A stretch of 64,000 bases of DNA, from assembly GCA_016182555.1 (NCBI GenBank), contig JACPGJ010000007.1, forward strand, positions 53 through 64,052. The letters run 5' to 3'. A program made the translations under genes and the position numbers. Below the pieces are notes generated by a model. The model was not told the origin of the DNA, searched no databases, and saw only the letters and a list, made by a program, of their open reading frames with translations. Position 1 is the first letter of the stretch, and each line of letters opens with the position of its first letter. Below are positions 48,568 to 57,692 of this stretch, one piece after another. Source of the DNA: Candidatus Kerfeldbacteria bacterium (GTDB taxonomy: Bacteria; Patescibacteriota; Patescibacteriia; UBA9570; XYC2-FULL-38-9).

Positions 48568-50217
48568 TTACATTTTTTCTGGTGCGCTCACGCCCAACAG
48601 CTTCAACACGCTGTGCAACACGGTTTGAGTGGCCACCACCAGCGCATACCGCGTCACCTGCACTTCTCCATTATCAATCACCCGGCACTGGCCGTAAAAA
48701 TGGTGAAACGATCGCGCAAGATCTAAGGCATACGTGGGCAAGCGGTGCACTTCATACGTGCGGGCAATGTCTTTTAATAACTCTGGTAATACCATCAGCT
48801 CTTTCAACAACGCTTTTTCGGCAGCGTGTTCCACGAGCAACCCTTTCAGCGGCGGAGCGCCCAATTGCCCCACCTCTCGCAAAATACTGCACATTCGCGC
48901 ATGGGCGTACTGTACATAATAGACCGGGTTTTTGTCCGACTGTTCTTTTGCCAAGCCCAAATCAAAATTCATGTGGCTGTTGGCCGAATACAGTAAAAAG
49001 AAAAACCGCGCGGCGTCGTTACCGACTTCATCAATGAGTTCTTCAATCGTCACAAAATTTCCTTGCCGCTTACTCATACGCATCTCTTTGCCGTCGCGGA
49101 TCAACGTGACCATTTGCGTAAACAGAATATCGAATTCCGTATCAGCATTCAACAATTTCGGCACGGCTTTGAGGCGGTGCTCATAGCCGTGGTGATCTGC
49201 ACCCAAAATAAGCACCACTTTACGTACATGTCGGCGAAATGCCCGGTCATAAAACAGTGCTATATCGCCTTGCATATATGCACCATCTCCCGTGCTCTTC
49301 ACAATCACTCGGTCTTTGTCATCACCATACGCACTTGTCCGTACCCACAACGCGCCGTTCTGTTCGTACACATTTCCCGCTTCACGCAATTTCGCCAGCA
49401 TCTTCTCTGGTACGCCATCATCATACAACGATTTTTCAGAAAACCAGTTGTCATAATGAATTTGCATTTTTTCTTCAACCACACGTTTGATATCCGCAAT
49501 CATCAACCGCAATGCTAATACTGTTATGCGCTGCCGAATCCACTCGGCTTTTTTGCCGTGGTTCAACTTGTAATCTTTCAATGCGAGCTTTGTGGCGAGC
49601 TCACTAATATATTCACCTTGGTACAATTCGTCGGCATAATCCACCTTAATCCCTTGATTCTGCAAATAGCGCCGCATCACGGATTCGCCCAATACCTCCA
49701 CCTGCTTGCCGCGGTCATTCATATAATATTCACGCAGCACCGTAAAACCCGTGGCCGCCAGAATATTCGACAACACATCTCCCAAATATCCCCCGCGCCC
49801 ATTTGGCAGCGTGAGTGGCCCGGTGGGGTTAGCAGACAAAAATTCCACCAACACTTTTTTTCGTTTACCTATGCTGCTGCGACCATACGCTTCTTTCTTT
49901 CGCAGAATCTGTTTCAAGCTTTCGGCATACTGCTGCGTCGAAAGAAAAAAATTCAAAAAACCGGGTGGTGCCACTTGAATATCCGCATACGCACTATCAC
50001 CAGCGAGTAAATGCTGTTTCAATTCTTCCGCAATCATGAGTGGGGGTTTTTTCAGCACACGTGCCAGCTGCATCGCAATATTACTGGCAAAATCTCCGTG
50101 TTCAGGCAGTTCAGGCAAATCAATTGGCAATGGCGGAATATCAAAAACCGGCCAATCACCACTCTGTTGACGCGCAATAATAGCTTCTTGAATATCTTTC
50201 TGAATGCTATCCTTCAT
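48568..50217 (-). CDS. argS: Arginine-tRNA ligase
   Basis: HGDFASN, PGFLNF, SANPTGP, GADHHGY, MSKR, YVQYAHAR, APEKM. Confidence 0.97.
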   Translation of the reverse strand: MKDSIQKDIQEAIIARQQSGDWPVFDIPPLPIDLPELPEHGDFASNIAMQLARVLKKPPLMIAEELKQHLLAGDSAYADIQVAPPGFLNFFLSTQQYAESLKQILRKKEAYGRSSIGKRKKVLVEFLSANPTGPLTLPNGRGGYLGDVLSNILAATGFTVLREYYMNDRGKQVEVLGESVMRRYLQNQGIKVDYADELYQGEYISELATKLALKDYKLNHGKKAEWIRQRITVLALRLMIADIKRVVEEKMQIHYDNWFSEKSLYDDGVPEKMLAKLREAGNVYEQNGALWVRTSAYGDDKDRVIVKSTGDGAYMQGDIALFYDRAFRRHVRKVVLILGADHHGYEHRLKAVPKLLNADTEFDILFTQMVTLIRDGKEMRMSKRQGNFVTIEELIDEVGNDAARFFFLLYSANSHMNFDLGLAKEQSDKNPVYYVQYAHARMCSILREVGQLGAPPLKGLLVEHAAEKALLKELMVLPELLKDIARTYEVHRLPTYALDLARSFHHFYGQCRVIDNGEVQVTRYALVVATQTVLHSVLKLLGVSAPEKM

Positions 50218-50262
50218 TACAATAAATTAGCACAAAATATGAAAAAGACCAATCCACACCAA

Positions 50263-50344
50263 TAAAAAAGGAGTTACCTCGGGGCGTCGAAAAAGAGGCA
50301 ACTCCTTCAATAGAAACGATAGATGAAAACAAAGAGTTTGTCAA
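50263..50344 (-). promoter_or_regulatory. Promoter immediately followed by a terminator-like hairpin upstream of argS
   Basis: Minus strand: ttgaca-17-tatcgt, then aaggagttgcctc...gaggtaactcctt plus a T-run. Confidence 0.5.
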
Positions 50345-50374
50345 TAGAGTAAATCTCTCGTAGACTATCTCTAT

Positions 50375-50824
50375 ATGGAATCCATCGTGAACAAATATGC
50401 CCGGTCGAAATATGAAATGCTCGAGTCGTTCGAAGCGGGTTTAGTATTGACCGGCGCTGAAGTGAAGTCTGTGAAAAAAGGGGCAGTGAACCTGAAAAGC
50501 GCCTATATTGGCATTGAACAGGGTGAGTTATGGCTGAAAAACATGCATATTTCTCCGTATCAGCAAGCCAACCAGCCGGGCTATGAACCCGAACGCCCAC
50601 GAAAAATTCTGCTTCGCCGCAGCGAAATTGCGACACTCATGGGAAAATTGCAACAAGAAGGCTTGACATTGATACCAGAAAAAGTGTATAGTAAGCACGG
50701 TATTGTGAAAGTAAATGTCACGCTTGCTCGCGGTTTGAAATTGCATGATAAGCGTCAAAAAATAAAAAAACGGGATACCGAGCGCCAAATGCAACGCATG
50801 ATGAAGCAAAAAATGCATTCATAA
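50375..50824 (+). CDS. smpB: SsrA-binding protein
   Basis: NKYAR..Y, EAGLVLTGAEVKS, R.RKILL, ARG.KLHDKR. Confidence 0.97.
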   Translation: MESIVNKYARSKYEMLESFEAGLVLTGAEVKSVKKGAVNLKSAYIGIEQGELWLKNMHISPYQQANQPGYEPERPRKILLRRSEIATLMGKLQQEGLTLIPEKVYSKHGIVKVNVTLARGLKLHDKRQKIKKRDTERQMQRMMKQKMHS

Positions 50825-50890
50825 CCTTCACAAACACCGTTTTAACACCCGCTGGTAGCAGCTGCCTGAACCATTTCAGGGCTTCTATAT

Positions 50891-51284
50891 GGGGATGTTA
50901 AACGTTGATGGTCCATTTCAAAAACGAATTGCGTACTGAGTTTATAGTCTCATCAAAACTATCAAATTCTAAGTGCAAACTTAGTGAGCCGCGCAAAGAA
51001 CGCATTTGCCAACGCATTTGCTCCTTCTTTGAATGCGGTACCTGTTGTCGCTTAAATCCGACATCCGTCGCCTGAGTTGATGTCTCATAGGCTCTCTGCG
51101 GCGCAACTTCATGAGACTCACGTTGCCGAGGTGTTTGGCTCGGAAGCGAACATTTGAACAAACTGGGAGTTGCCGTGTTTGGCTCGCTTCAAGCGGCTGT
51201 TCCGAGAATATCAAGCGAGATACGTACGTAGAAATTCGTTCTTTGGGTGACCAGACGCGGGTGTGAGGCCCGCCATCTCCACCA
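50891..51284 (+). ncRNA. ssrA: tmRNA
   Basis: GGGGATG/CATCTCC-ACCA acceptor stem with G3.U70; adjacent to smpB; tag frame 50975-51055 encodes ANLVSRAKNAFANAFAPSLNAVPVVA*. Confidence 0.93.
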
Positions 51285-51354
51285 ATAATTGTGCCGGCTG
51301 CCGCGCTGCTGGCACTCCCCTCACAGCGTATTTAATCAGTAATTCTCTACACCC

Positions 51355-51873
51355 ATTTCAAACAAAGAATTTCGCAAGAACGAAGAGATTCGCTCGCCAC
51401 AGGTATTCGTGATTAGTGAACAAGGCGAGAAATTAGGCGTCATGTCTATTCAAAGCGCCCTCGATCTTGCACGCGAATCGTTCCTGGATCTTGTCGAAGT
51501 CGGGCCCCAAGCCACACCGCCGGTTGTCAAAATTGTCGATTTTGGCAAGTTACAATACGAGAAAGAGAAACAAGACCGAAAAAATCGCGCTCGATCCAAA
51601 AAAGGTGGCGAGATTAAAGGCATTCGTCTCACGGTGGCAATTAGCGAGCATGACATGAACGTACGTGTGGCATCTGCACAAAAATTTTTGGATAAAGGCG
51701 ATAAGATTAAAGTGGAAATGCGTATGCGTGGGCGTGAAAAAGCTCATCCAGAAGTCGCGCAGAAAACGATTCAGCGCTTTATTGATACACTGGGTCGCGA
51801 CACGGTGCTGGAACAACCGATTAAACGCATGGGCGGCCAGTTCACGGCAATGCTCACACTCAAGAAAAAATAA
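51355..51873 (+). CDS. infC: Translation initiation factor IF-3 (ATT start)
   Basis: An in-frame ATT at 51355 restores the NEEIR motif; LDLVEV, PPVVKIVDFGK, RGRE. Confidence 0.95.
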   Translation: MSNKEFRKNEEIRSPQVFVISEQGEKLGVMSIQSALDLARESFLDLVEVGPQATPPVVKIVDFGKLQYEKEKQDRKNRARSKKGGEIKGIRLTVAISEHDMNVRVASAQKFLDKGDKIKVEMRMRGREKAHPEVAQKTIQRFIDTLGRDTVLEQPIKRMGGQFTAMLTLKKK

Positions 51874-51899
51874 TTGAATTTGTAGATATTAACGTATTT

Positions 51900-52106
51900 A
51901 TGCCAAAACGAAAGCACAAAACACATCAAGTCATCGCCAAACGTGTTCGGCGAACAAAGAACGGAAAACGGTCAGGAAAATTGATCATCCGCAAAGCCGG
52001 TCAAGACCATTTCAACGCTCGCGAAAGTGGGAAAACCACTCGCAACAAACGAAAAGATGGTACGGCATCGAAAACGATTACGAAAAATATTCAACGAGTA
52101 ATTTAA
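51900..52106 (+). CDS. rpmI: 50S ribosomal protein L35
   Basis: KTH...AKR...T.NGK; lies between infC and rplT. Confidence 0.85.
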   Translation: MPKRKHKTHQVIAKRVRRTKNGKRSGKLIIRKAGQDHFNARESGKTTRNKRKDGTASKTITKNIQRVI

Positions 52107-52125
52107 CGGCTACCAGAGCAAATAT

Positions 52126-52476
52126 ATGGCAAGAGTAAAACGAGGATCATCTCACACAAAACATCGCAGTGGTATTTTAAAACAAGCGAAAGGATACTAT
52201 GCTGGCCGCAAAAATTTAATTCGCCAGGCGAAAAACGCGGTACGCAAATCTGGCCAACGCGCATACGACCACCGCAAACAGAAGAAACGCACACGCCGCG
52301 CATTATGGCAAGTGAAGATTAACGCTGCTGCCCGCGCTGCAGGCATAAACTACAGCACATTCATGAACGCATTGACCAAGAAAAACATTTTGGTGGACCG
52401 CAAAATTCTGGCAACGCTGGCAGAACACCACCCCGCATTGTTTGATAAAATTGTTGCTGAAGTAAAAAAGAAATAG
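52126..52476 (+). CDS. rplT: 50S ribosomal protein L20
   Basis: MARVKRG, AKGYY, INAAAR, YS.F, DRKILA. Confidence 0.97.
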   Translation: MARVKRGSSHTKHRSGILKQAKGYYAGRKNLIRQAKNAVRKSGQRAYDHRKQKKRTRRALWQVKINAAARAAGINYSTFMNALTKKNILVDRKILATLAEHHPALFDKIVAEVKKK

Positions 52477-52480
52477 AGAA

Positions 52481-52539
52481 TAGACAACCCATCGGCAATA
52501 CGATATACTCTGTGGTGCGTCATCGTATATCGTATTGCC
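52481..52539 (+). promoter_or_regulatory. tRNA promoter overlapped by a perfect 15-bp inverted repeat
   Basis: tagaca-17-tatact; ggcaatacgatatac (52494-508) / gtatatcgtattgcc (52525-539). Confidence 0.6.
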
Positions 52540-52545
52540 CCATTT

Positions 52546-52619
52546 GGGGGTGTAGCTCAGTTGGTTAGAGCGCTTCCCTGTCACGGAAGAGGCCGCGGGT
52601 TCGAGTCCCGTCACTCCCG
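52546..52619 (+). tRNA. tRNA-Asp (GTC), CCA not encoded at this position
   Basis: Full cloverleaf GGGGGTG...CTTCC-CTGTCAC-GGAAG...GGTTCGAGTCC...CACTCCC-G. Confidence 0.97.
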
Positions 52620-52737
52620 CAAACGGAACCTTGTTCGAACGAAAAAAGAAAGCCGCTAGTCATAACGATTTTTCTTGTTGGAAAGACAAAGCAACATTAC
52701 TCTATTCAAAACAGAGTGATTTAGGTATTATAGGATT

Positions 52738-52884
52738 ATGACTTTTACTGAAAAAGAAAATATTATTAAACAAGCAGCTAAGCAGTATACTCGAGAGCAT
52801 AAGAAAGAATTTTATGAAAAAGTTGTTATCAAAAATATTTTCCCAGAAAGAAACAAAAACAGATCCGTTTTCAGATTTTTTTAG
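52738..52884 (+). pseudogene. 48-codon remnant, possibly the N-terminus of a zeta-toxin-like gene
   Basis: MTFTEKENIIKQAAKQYTREHKKEF after a -10 box; overlaps the next ORF. The family guess is from recollection only. Confidence 0.3.
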
Positions 52885-53002
52885 AAACACAGATTCTCGT
52901 CACAAAACCAAAGTATTAAAAAAAGTGGCAAGAAAGGCAAATGAAGATCAGCGAAAATTAATAGAAAAAAATCATCGCTTATCTGGCGATTCTGCAATAT
53001 AA
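52814..53002 (+). CDS. Small basic protein (antitoxin-like)
   Basis: DPFSDFFRN...KKVARKANEDQRK. Confidence 0.55.
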   Translation: MKKLLSKIFSQKETKTDPFSDFFRNTDSRHKTKVLKKVARKANEDQRKLIEKNHRLSGDSAI

Positions 53003-53101
53003 TATTGGTGTTGCAATACATCCACTCAGAGAACGAAATATATTATTGATTATCATGTTCAAATAAAGACATATTCCTAGAATAATATGCATATTTAAAG
53101 T

Positions 53102-53142
53102 AAAAAAAGATCCGCCTATTGCCTCCACAATAGACGGATTTT
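53102..53142 (-). terminator. Terminator of the orphan operon
   Basis: atccgcctattg-N6-caatagacggat with an A-run on the left. Confidence 0.65.
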
Positions 53143-53163
53143 ATTACGTGAAAATGTGCGCTC

Positions 53164-53652
53164 TCACTTGCGGTCAAGCTCAATAATTGCTCGAGCGACC
53201 GCTTTGACAGCCGCATTGAGTGCGGCGCCTGTTTGCCCCACAGCGAGGAATGACCGGAGAAAGGACATCCCTCTCCCTATATCCTCCGCCGCACACGATC
53301 GCGTGTACGCCTGCTCTTTCCAGAGGAGAAAGTAGGCAAGATTTCCTCCTTCTCCTTTGTACTCTCCTGCTTTCGCCTTTCGCGCGGCAGCGGTCATGAG
53401 TGCTTCGAGGGACATCCGTGCTTCGCCCTCGAGCCTGAGCGTGTCTTCCAACACGAGCAGTCCGTTCCACATGACACTCCGCTTCTCTTGAGGCAGCCCA
53501 GCGAGGATCTGCTCTTTAGTGATCACAGCAAGCAACTTTTCTCGCCCATCACTTTCTTTCCTCACCTGTTCCGCAATTTCTGCAGGCGTCCCTTGATATG
53601 CCTGCCACACGTTCAAATCACCAGTCTCAACCGTACACTGAATCTGAAACAT
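53164..53652 (-). CDS. Orphan helical protein
   Basis: SD aggagg/aggag before MFQIQ; GC-rich codons; weak two-fold internal similarity. Confidence 0.7.
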   Translation of the reverse strand: MFQIQCTVETGDLNVWQAYQGTPAEIAEQVRKESDGREKLLAVITKEQILAGLPQEKRSVMWNGLLVLEDTLRLEGEARMSLEALMTAAARKAKAGEYKGEGGNLAYFLLWKEQAYTRSCAAEDIGRGMSFLRSFLAVGQTGAALNAAVKAVARAIIELDRK

Positions 53653-53836
53653 ATTTTCTCCTCCTTCTTCGAATTCCTCTTCGTAAGGTTTCCGCCAGCG
53701 AGACCACCCCGCCTACGCTACCTGCCAAAAATTAATTGCCTATTTTAGAATTCTGTAATGCACCCACCAGAGGATGGTGAACGACTTCCCGGTTACCATG
53801 TGAACACCGGGCATTTGGTAGGGACGAAAGGCTAAA

Positions 53837-54388
53837 CTAGAGATATCGTCTTGGAATCCAGTCGTCCTTTACGAATTCTCGACTTCCTTTCGGAAGCAGA
53901 ATTTCATAATCGAACTCGGAATCCATGTAAGAGAACACTGTCGGTTTTTCACCAACAATTATCTCTTCGTGGCCGATACGCTGCTTCCCTTTTGGAAAAG
54001 CAAAGTACCGTTCGATGGTACCGCCATGGTTGTGGTTGGTTATATCGAATACCACCAAACCATGGGTTGATGGAATACGACGAGCTGCAGCTTGCACTTC
54101 AGAAGGAATCTCCTCATCGAGAGTAACAGCTTCCTTTTTCCCCTCAGTCACGAACAGCTGTACGAGCTTGTCCACGTCTTTGGGAAGATTGCAAGTTCTT
54201 CGGCATTTCCCGTCACATTTCCCTTCCACCCTGTACCTGTGCTGGCGGTGCCCAGCATAGAGGTCGTGTGCGATGTGGACATTTCCCACACAGATGTATT
54301 CCACCACGAGAGCGGACTCACCACGCTCCGTCTCATATTCCCTCTCATAGACGAAACCACGGATTGCAGTAATCTTCGAGGTCTTCAT
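53837..54388 (-). CDS. Orphan protein with a Cys/His cluster
   Basis: SD gaaggagg before MKTSK; HIAH...CDGKCRRTC. Confidence 0.7.
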   Translation of the reverse strand: MKTSKITAIRGFVYEREYETERGESALVVEYICVGNVHIAHDLYAGHRQHRYRVEGKCDGKCRRTCNLPKDVDKLVQLFVTEGKKEAVTLDEEIPSEVQAAARRIPSTHGLVVFDITNHNHGGTIERYFAFPKGKQRIGHEEIIVGEKPTVFSYMDSEFDYEILLPKGSREFVKDDWIPRRYL

Positions 54389-54589
54389 AGCGTCCTCCTT
54401 CAGTTGTCAAATTTCTTTCTTCAATGTCGAGCTCATCCCGTCACTGAAGAACTGGATATAGTATCCCAAATGCGTAAAAAAGTGAATACAAGTTATTTCA
54501 AAATTTATACATTTTTATTTTATATTTGATTTATTTATAAAAAAATGATATAATTTAAATTGACAAAATAATCAAAAACATTCAAATTT

Positions 54590-55339
54590 ATGAATATCCA
54601 CAAACGTTTACAAAGCATTGGCCTGACTCAATCAGAAACCGACATCTACCTCTTTCTCCTCCAAAATAGCCTTTCCTCTCCCCCTGTCATTGCAAAAGGC
54701 ACCGGAATTGCCCGCACCAATTGCTATCACATTCTCCAAAGTCTCAAAGAAAAACAATTGATATCCGAACAATCCATCTCAAAAGGAAAACGCAAAGCCT
54801 ATGTTGCTTGCGATCCACAGGCGCTCATCGAATCAATGAACCGAAAAACTGCAGCAGCGCAAGAATTGCTTCCTGATCTAAGAGCCCTATATACCGTACA
54901 AAAAAATAAACCGCTTATCCGATTCTTTGATGGATTTGAAGAGGTAAAGCAGATCTATGATCAATCGCTCACAGCAAAAAAAATTATGGGAATTGGTTCA
55001 ACAAAGCGCTTACAAGAACTCGATCCGCAATTCTATACGCATTATCTAAAACAAGTGCAAAAAAAAGGAATTGTATTTTATGATATTCTTTCACATCCAT
55101 CTGGCGAACATGCCGGCCCACACATGAAACAAATTGTGAAAGGATTATATGATATGAAACTAATCCCAAAGCAGTATGGCGATTTTGCAACAGATATATT
55201 AATTTGGGAAGATACAATCGCTCTCCTTACACTCGAAGAACCCATTTTTGGCACTACACTCACCAATCCTCTTCTTGCCAACACATTTTTGCTTCTCTTT
55301 AAAGTGTTCTGGGAACAATTGTCGAATTTTGATAATTGA
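54590..55339 (+). CDS. TrmB-family transcriptional regulator
   Basis: LQSIGLT.SE..IYLFLL, IAKGTGIARTNCY, P.IRFFDG.E. Confidence 0.88.
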   Translation: MNIHKRLQSIGLTQSETDIYLFLLQNSLSSPPVIAKGTGIARTNCYHILQSLKEKQLISEQSISKGKRKAYVACDPQALIESMNRKTAAAQELLPDLRALYTVQKNKPLIRFFDGFEEVKQIYDQSLTAKKIMGIGSTKRLQELDPQFYTHYLKQVQKKGIVFYDILSHPSGEHAGPHMKQIVKGLYDMKLIPKQYGDFATDILIWEDTIALLTLEEPIFGTTLTNPLLANTFLLLFKVFWEQLSNFDN

Positions 55340-55479
55340 TTTTTATGGTAATGAGAAGGAAGGCAGCGGTTGCTTCCCCCGCGCCAACAATGCCTTCCTT
55401 TCCTTCACTCATTTCGCAATTTTTCTATATAACACATTCGAGCAGCAGATAATAAGTTCCGAAAATTTCGGAAAGAAAA

Positions 55480-55544
55480 ATATAGTGTAAACAGGGTGGG
55501 GTTAATCTATGTTCATTTGAGGCACCACCCCTTACACACTATAT
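55480..55544. repeat. Two head-to-head copies of the ATATAGTGT-N4-GGGTGG motif (third copy at 57326-57352)
   Basis: atatagtgtaaacagggtggggttaat (+, 55480-506) and atatagtgtgtaaggggtgg (-, 55544-525). Confidence 0.7.
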
Positions 55545-55637
55545 TTTTTGTAACACCCATCTCATCTGTCCTATTGCTAATAAAGTGCTAGATTCAGGTG
55601 TTTAGCTTGAGTTTCATAGCTTTATAAAATTATCTTC

Positions 55638-56432
55638 TTATTTTTGCAATCGCTTACGAATATCTTGATCAAATTTTTCTGAATATTCAAAGGCGAATTC
55701 AAACATTTTTTGTAAGCAATCGGCTATGGGTTTACTTTTAATGACAAGTGCGAAATTTTCTTCGTAAGAAAAAAATATCACCGTGTGCTTATATACATTC
55801 ACTTCAATAGGATAATTACATTCGGCAGGAATAAGTCTAGAATGACGAATATGTTTCTGTTCTGTTTCAAGAGTATGTTGAATATTAAATAGTGTCGCAG
55901 GAATAATAGCTTTCACAGAAATTTTCTTTGCAACACGTTTTTTATAATAATCGGGATATAGGGATGGTAAATATTTCAATTCATCTTCATTACTTCCATA
56001 CCCAATAATGTGATCTGCTTCTTCCAATACTTGTAAAAACGCTTTCTTCATTCCTTCTTTTCCTTCATAGTAATACATTTTCGGTTTTACGGTTTCATAT
56101 TGCTGCATGGCGCGCAATTCTGGCAGCGCTGACTGAATTTTTTGTTCTTGATCTTTCAGTTGTTGCTGACGCTGTTGCACAAAACGGAGAATTTCAGTTG
56201 GATCATCAACAGAAAAGAGATACGTATTTTTTCTTTTCATGCGCTTCACAATATGAAACTCATTACTCAATTTCTGTAGCGCAAGTAATACAGTTGTTTT
56301 AGGAATTTCTAATCTTCGCGCTATTTCTGACGCCTTCTGTGGACTTTTTTTAAGCAATTGTATATAGCAGTGTATTTCCAACTCATCGAGTCCGATATTT
56401 TGTAGAAGGTTGGAAATTGATTGTTCTTTCAT
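55638..56432 (-). CDS. TrmB-family transcriptional regulator
   Basis: LQNIGLDELE..CY..LL, IARRLEIPKTTV, KPKMYYYEGKEG, YYKKRVAKKI. Confidence 0.88.
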   Translation of the reverse strand: MKEQSISNLLQNIGLDELEIHCYIQLLKKSPQKASEIARRLEIPKTTVLLALQKLSNEFHIVKRMKRKNTYLFSVDDPTEILRFVQQRQQQLKDQEQKIQSALPELRAMQQYETVKPKMYYYEGKEGMKKAFLQVLEEADHIIGYGSNEDELKYLPSLYPDYYKKRVAKKISVKAIIPATLFNIQHTLETEQKHIRHSRLIPAECNYPIEVNVYKHTVIFFSYEENFALVIKSKPIADCLQKMFEFAFEYSEKFDQDIRKRLQK

Positions 56433-56573
56433 ATATCGTCAAAAATTGTTGATGTTTTTTTATCTTTCTTTAGCAAAAATAATGAATATAAATATAAAAT
56501 AAATATACATTATTGTTACCCTATACAGTTATAGTATGTTTGTAAAGCACCTATACAATTCGTGGGGTAACAT

Positions 56574-56795
56574 ATGACATTCCACACTCTTCTTCTTGCA
56601 TTGCTCTATGGTTTTGGTATCACATTCATCAGCTATCCATTGAACGCATGGGAGTACAAATGTCCACGAAGAAAAGCTCTATTCTTTTGTGTAGGAGTAA
56701 TTCTACTGGGTATATATCTGTATTACGATACAATTTCTATACCCGCGCAAACTGATAAACCGCATAAGAAAGGAAATGTACAATGTCAGGAATAA
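56574..56795 (+). CDS. Small two-TM orphan membrane protein
   Basis: Two hydrophobic helices; divergent from the TrmB gene. Confidence 0.6.
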   Translation: MTFHTLLLALLYGFGITFISYPLNAWEYKCPRRKALFFCVGVILLGIYLYYDTISIPAQTDKPHKKGNVQCQE

Positions 56796-57229
56796 CATTC
56801 CTCATCATTATGTGTGTATATGCCATACACATTGGGATCGCACTCAAGGTTGCAGAGTACATGCGCAAACACCAAACTCCGGAAGGCGCAAAAGAATGGT
56901 CAGTATTTAGCATCATGGGAGCGTTTGGGATAATTGTTCTGTTAGCTCCCAGCGATTCACCTTATTCAGCTCTCTGGCAAATGGATATAGGCGATATCGC
57001 GCTTATCGCATTCTCCGTAACCTATGCGATGATGTATCTTGGTTGGGGCATGATGCAGTGGCATCTCTACAAGATGAACAAATTGTGGAGAGCTCGTTTC
57101 AAACGGAGCATCTTTCTGAGTATCAGTGTCGGACTATTCCTTATATCTGGACTATACACCACCGCACTGCTCAAAAATGCTCCTCACTACTCTCCACCCA
57201 AAAAAGTATGTACTTGTGATTGTTCATAA
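56783..57229 (+). CDS. Four-TM orphan membrane protein
   Basis: SD aaagga; four hydrophobic helices; C-terminal CTCDC. Confidence 0.65.
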   Translation: MSGITFLIIMCVYAIHIGIALKVAEYMRKHQTPEGAKEWSVFSIMGAFGIIVLLAPSDSPYSALWQMDIGDIALIAFSVTYAMMYLGWGMMQWHLYKMNKLWRARFKRSIFLSISVGLFLISGLYTTALLKNAPHYSPPKKVCTCDCS

Positions 57230-57325
57230 GTAGTGATGAAATGGTTCGGCAGTACCAGTTGCGTTGAGAGCTTAGGAGGAGCTTTCCGCACAAAACTGCC
57301 TTTTTTATTTTAAACAGGATGAAAG

Positions 57326-57352
57326 ATATAGTGTGAAGGGGGTGGGGTTAAT
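57326..57352 (+). repeat. Third copy of the ATATAGTGT...GGGTGG motif
   Basis: atatagtgtgaagggggtggggttaat. Confidence 0.7.
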
Positions 57353-57509
57353 ACAAAAAACTAGACTCCCATTTATTAATATTCTCCACCCAAAATGTTC
57401 AAACAGCGTTCACTTGCTCCCGCAAACGGAATATTATTCGAACAAAACATGAAACATACGCTATCTTTTTGACAATGAAGCTATTTTTAGGTATCTTCTA
57501 TATATTCAT

Positions 57510-57689
57510 ATGTCAAAAAAAGATATCGTAAAAGCTTTACAGAAGTATCAAAAATCTCGTCCGAATAGCACCCTGCGACGCAATTATTTGCGTTCATTCA
57601 CACCGAAGATGATTTATCGTACAACAAAAACAGAAAATCCAACCACAACAAAGGCATTAGTGAAAAAAATCTTAGATCAACTCTCATAA
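57510..57689 (+). CDS. Fic antitoxin (alpha-inhibitory motif), missing from the ORF track
   Basis: 59 aa MSKKDIVKAL...IYRTTKTENP...; TTKTEN fits (S/T)xxxE(G/N); ttgaca-17-tatctt promoter; stop 3 nt before the fic start. Confidence 0.8.
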   Translation: MSKKDIVKALQKYQKSRPNSTLRRNYLRSFTPKMIYRTTKTENPTTTKALVKKILDQLS

Positions 57690-57692
57690 GGT

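Larger units (their letters stand above)
52620..57422. mobile_element. Integrase-less element E1 inserted at the tRNA-Asp 3' end
   Basis: Left arm 52614-52651 matches 57417-57454 (32/38); right arm 57354-57416 matches 58333-58397. Confidence 0.7.

Noticed and set aside
50898-51214. Minus-strand ORFs over the tmRNA
   Set aside because: Fully explained by ssrA; likewise the ORF at 52303-52614 is antisense to tRNA-Asp and rplT.
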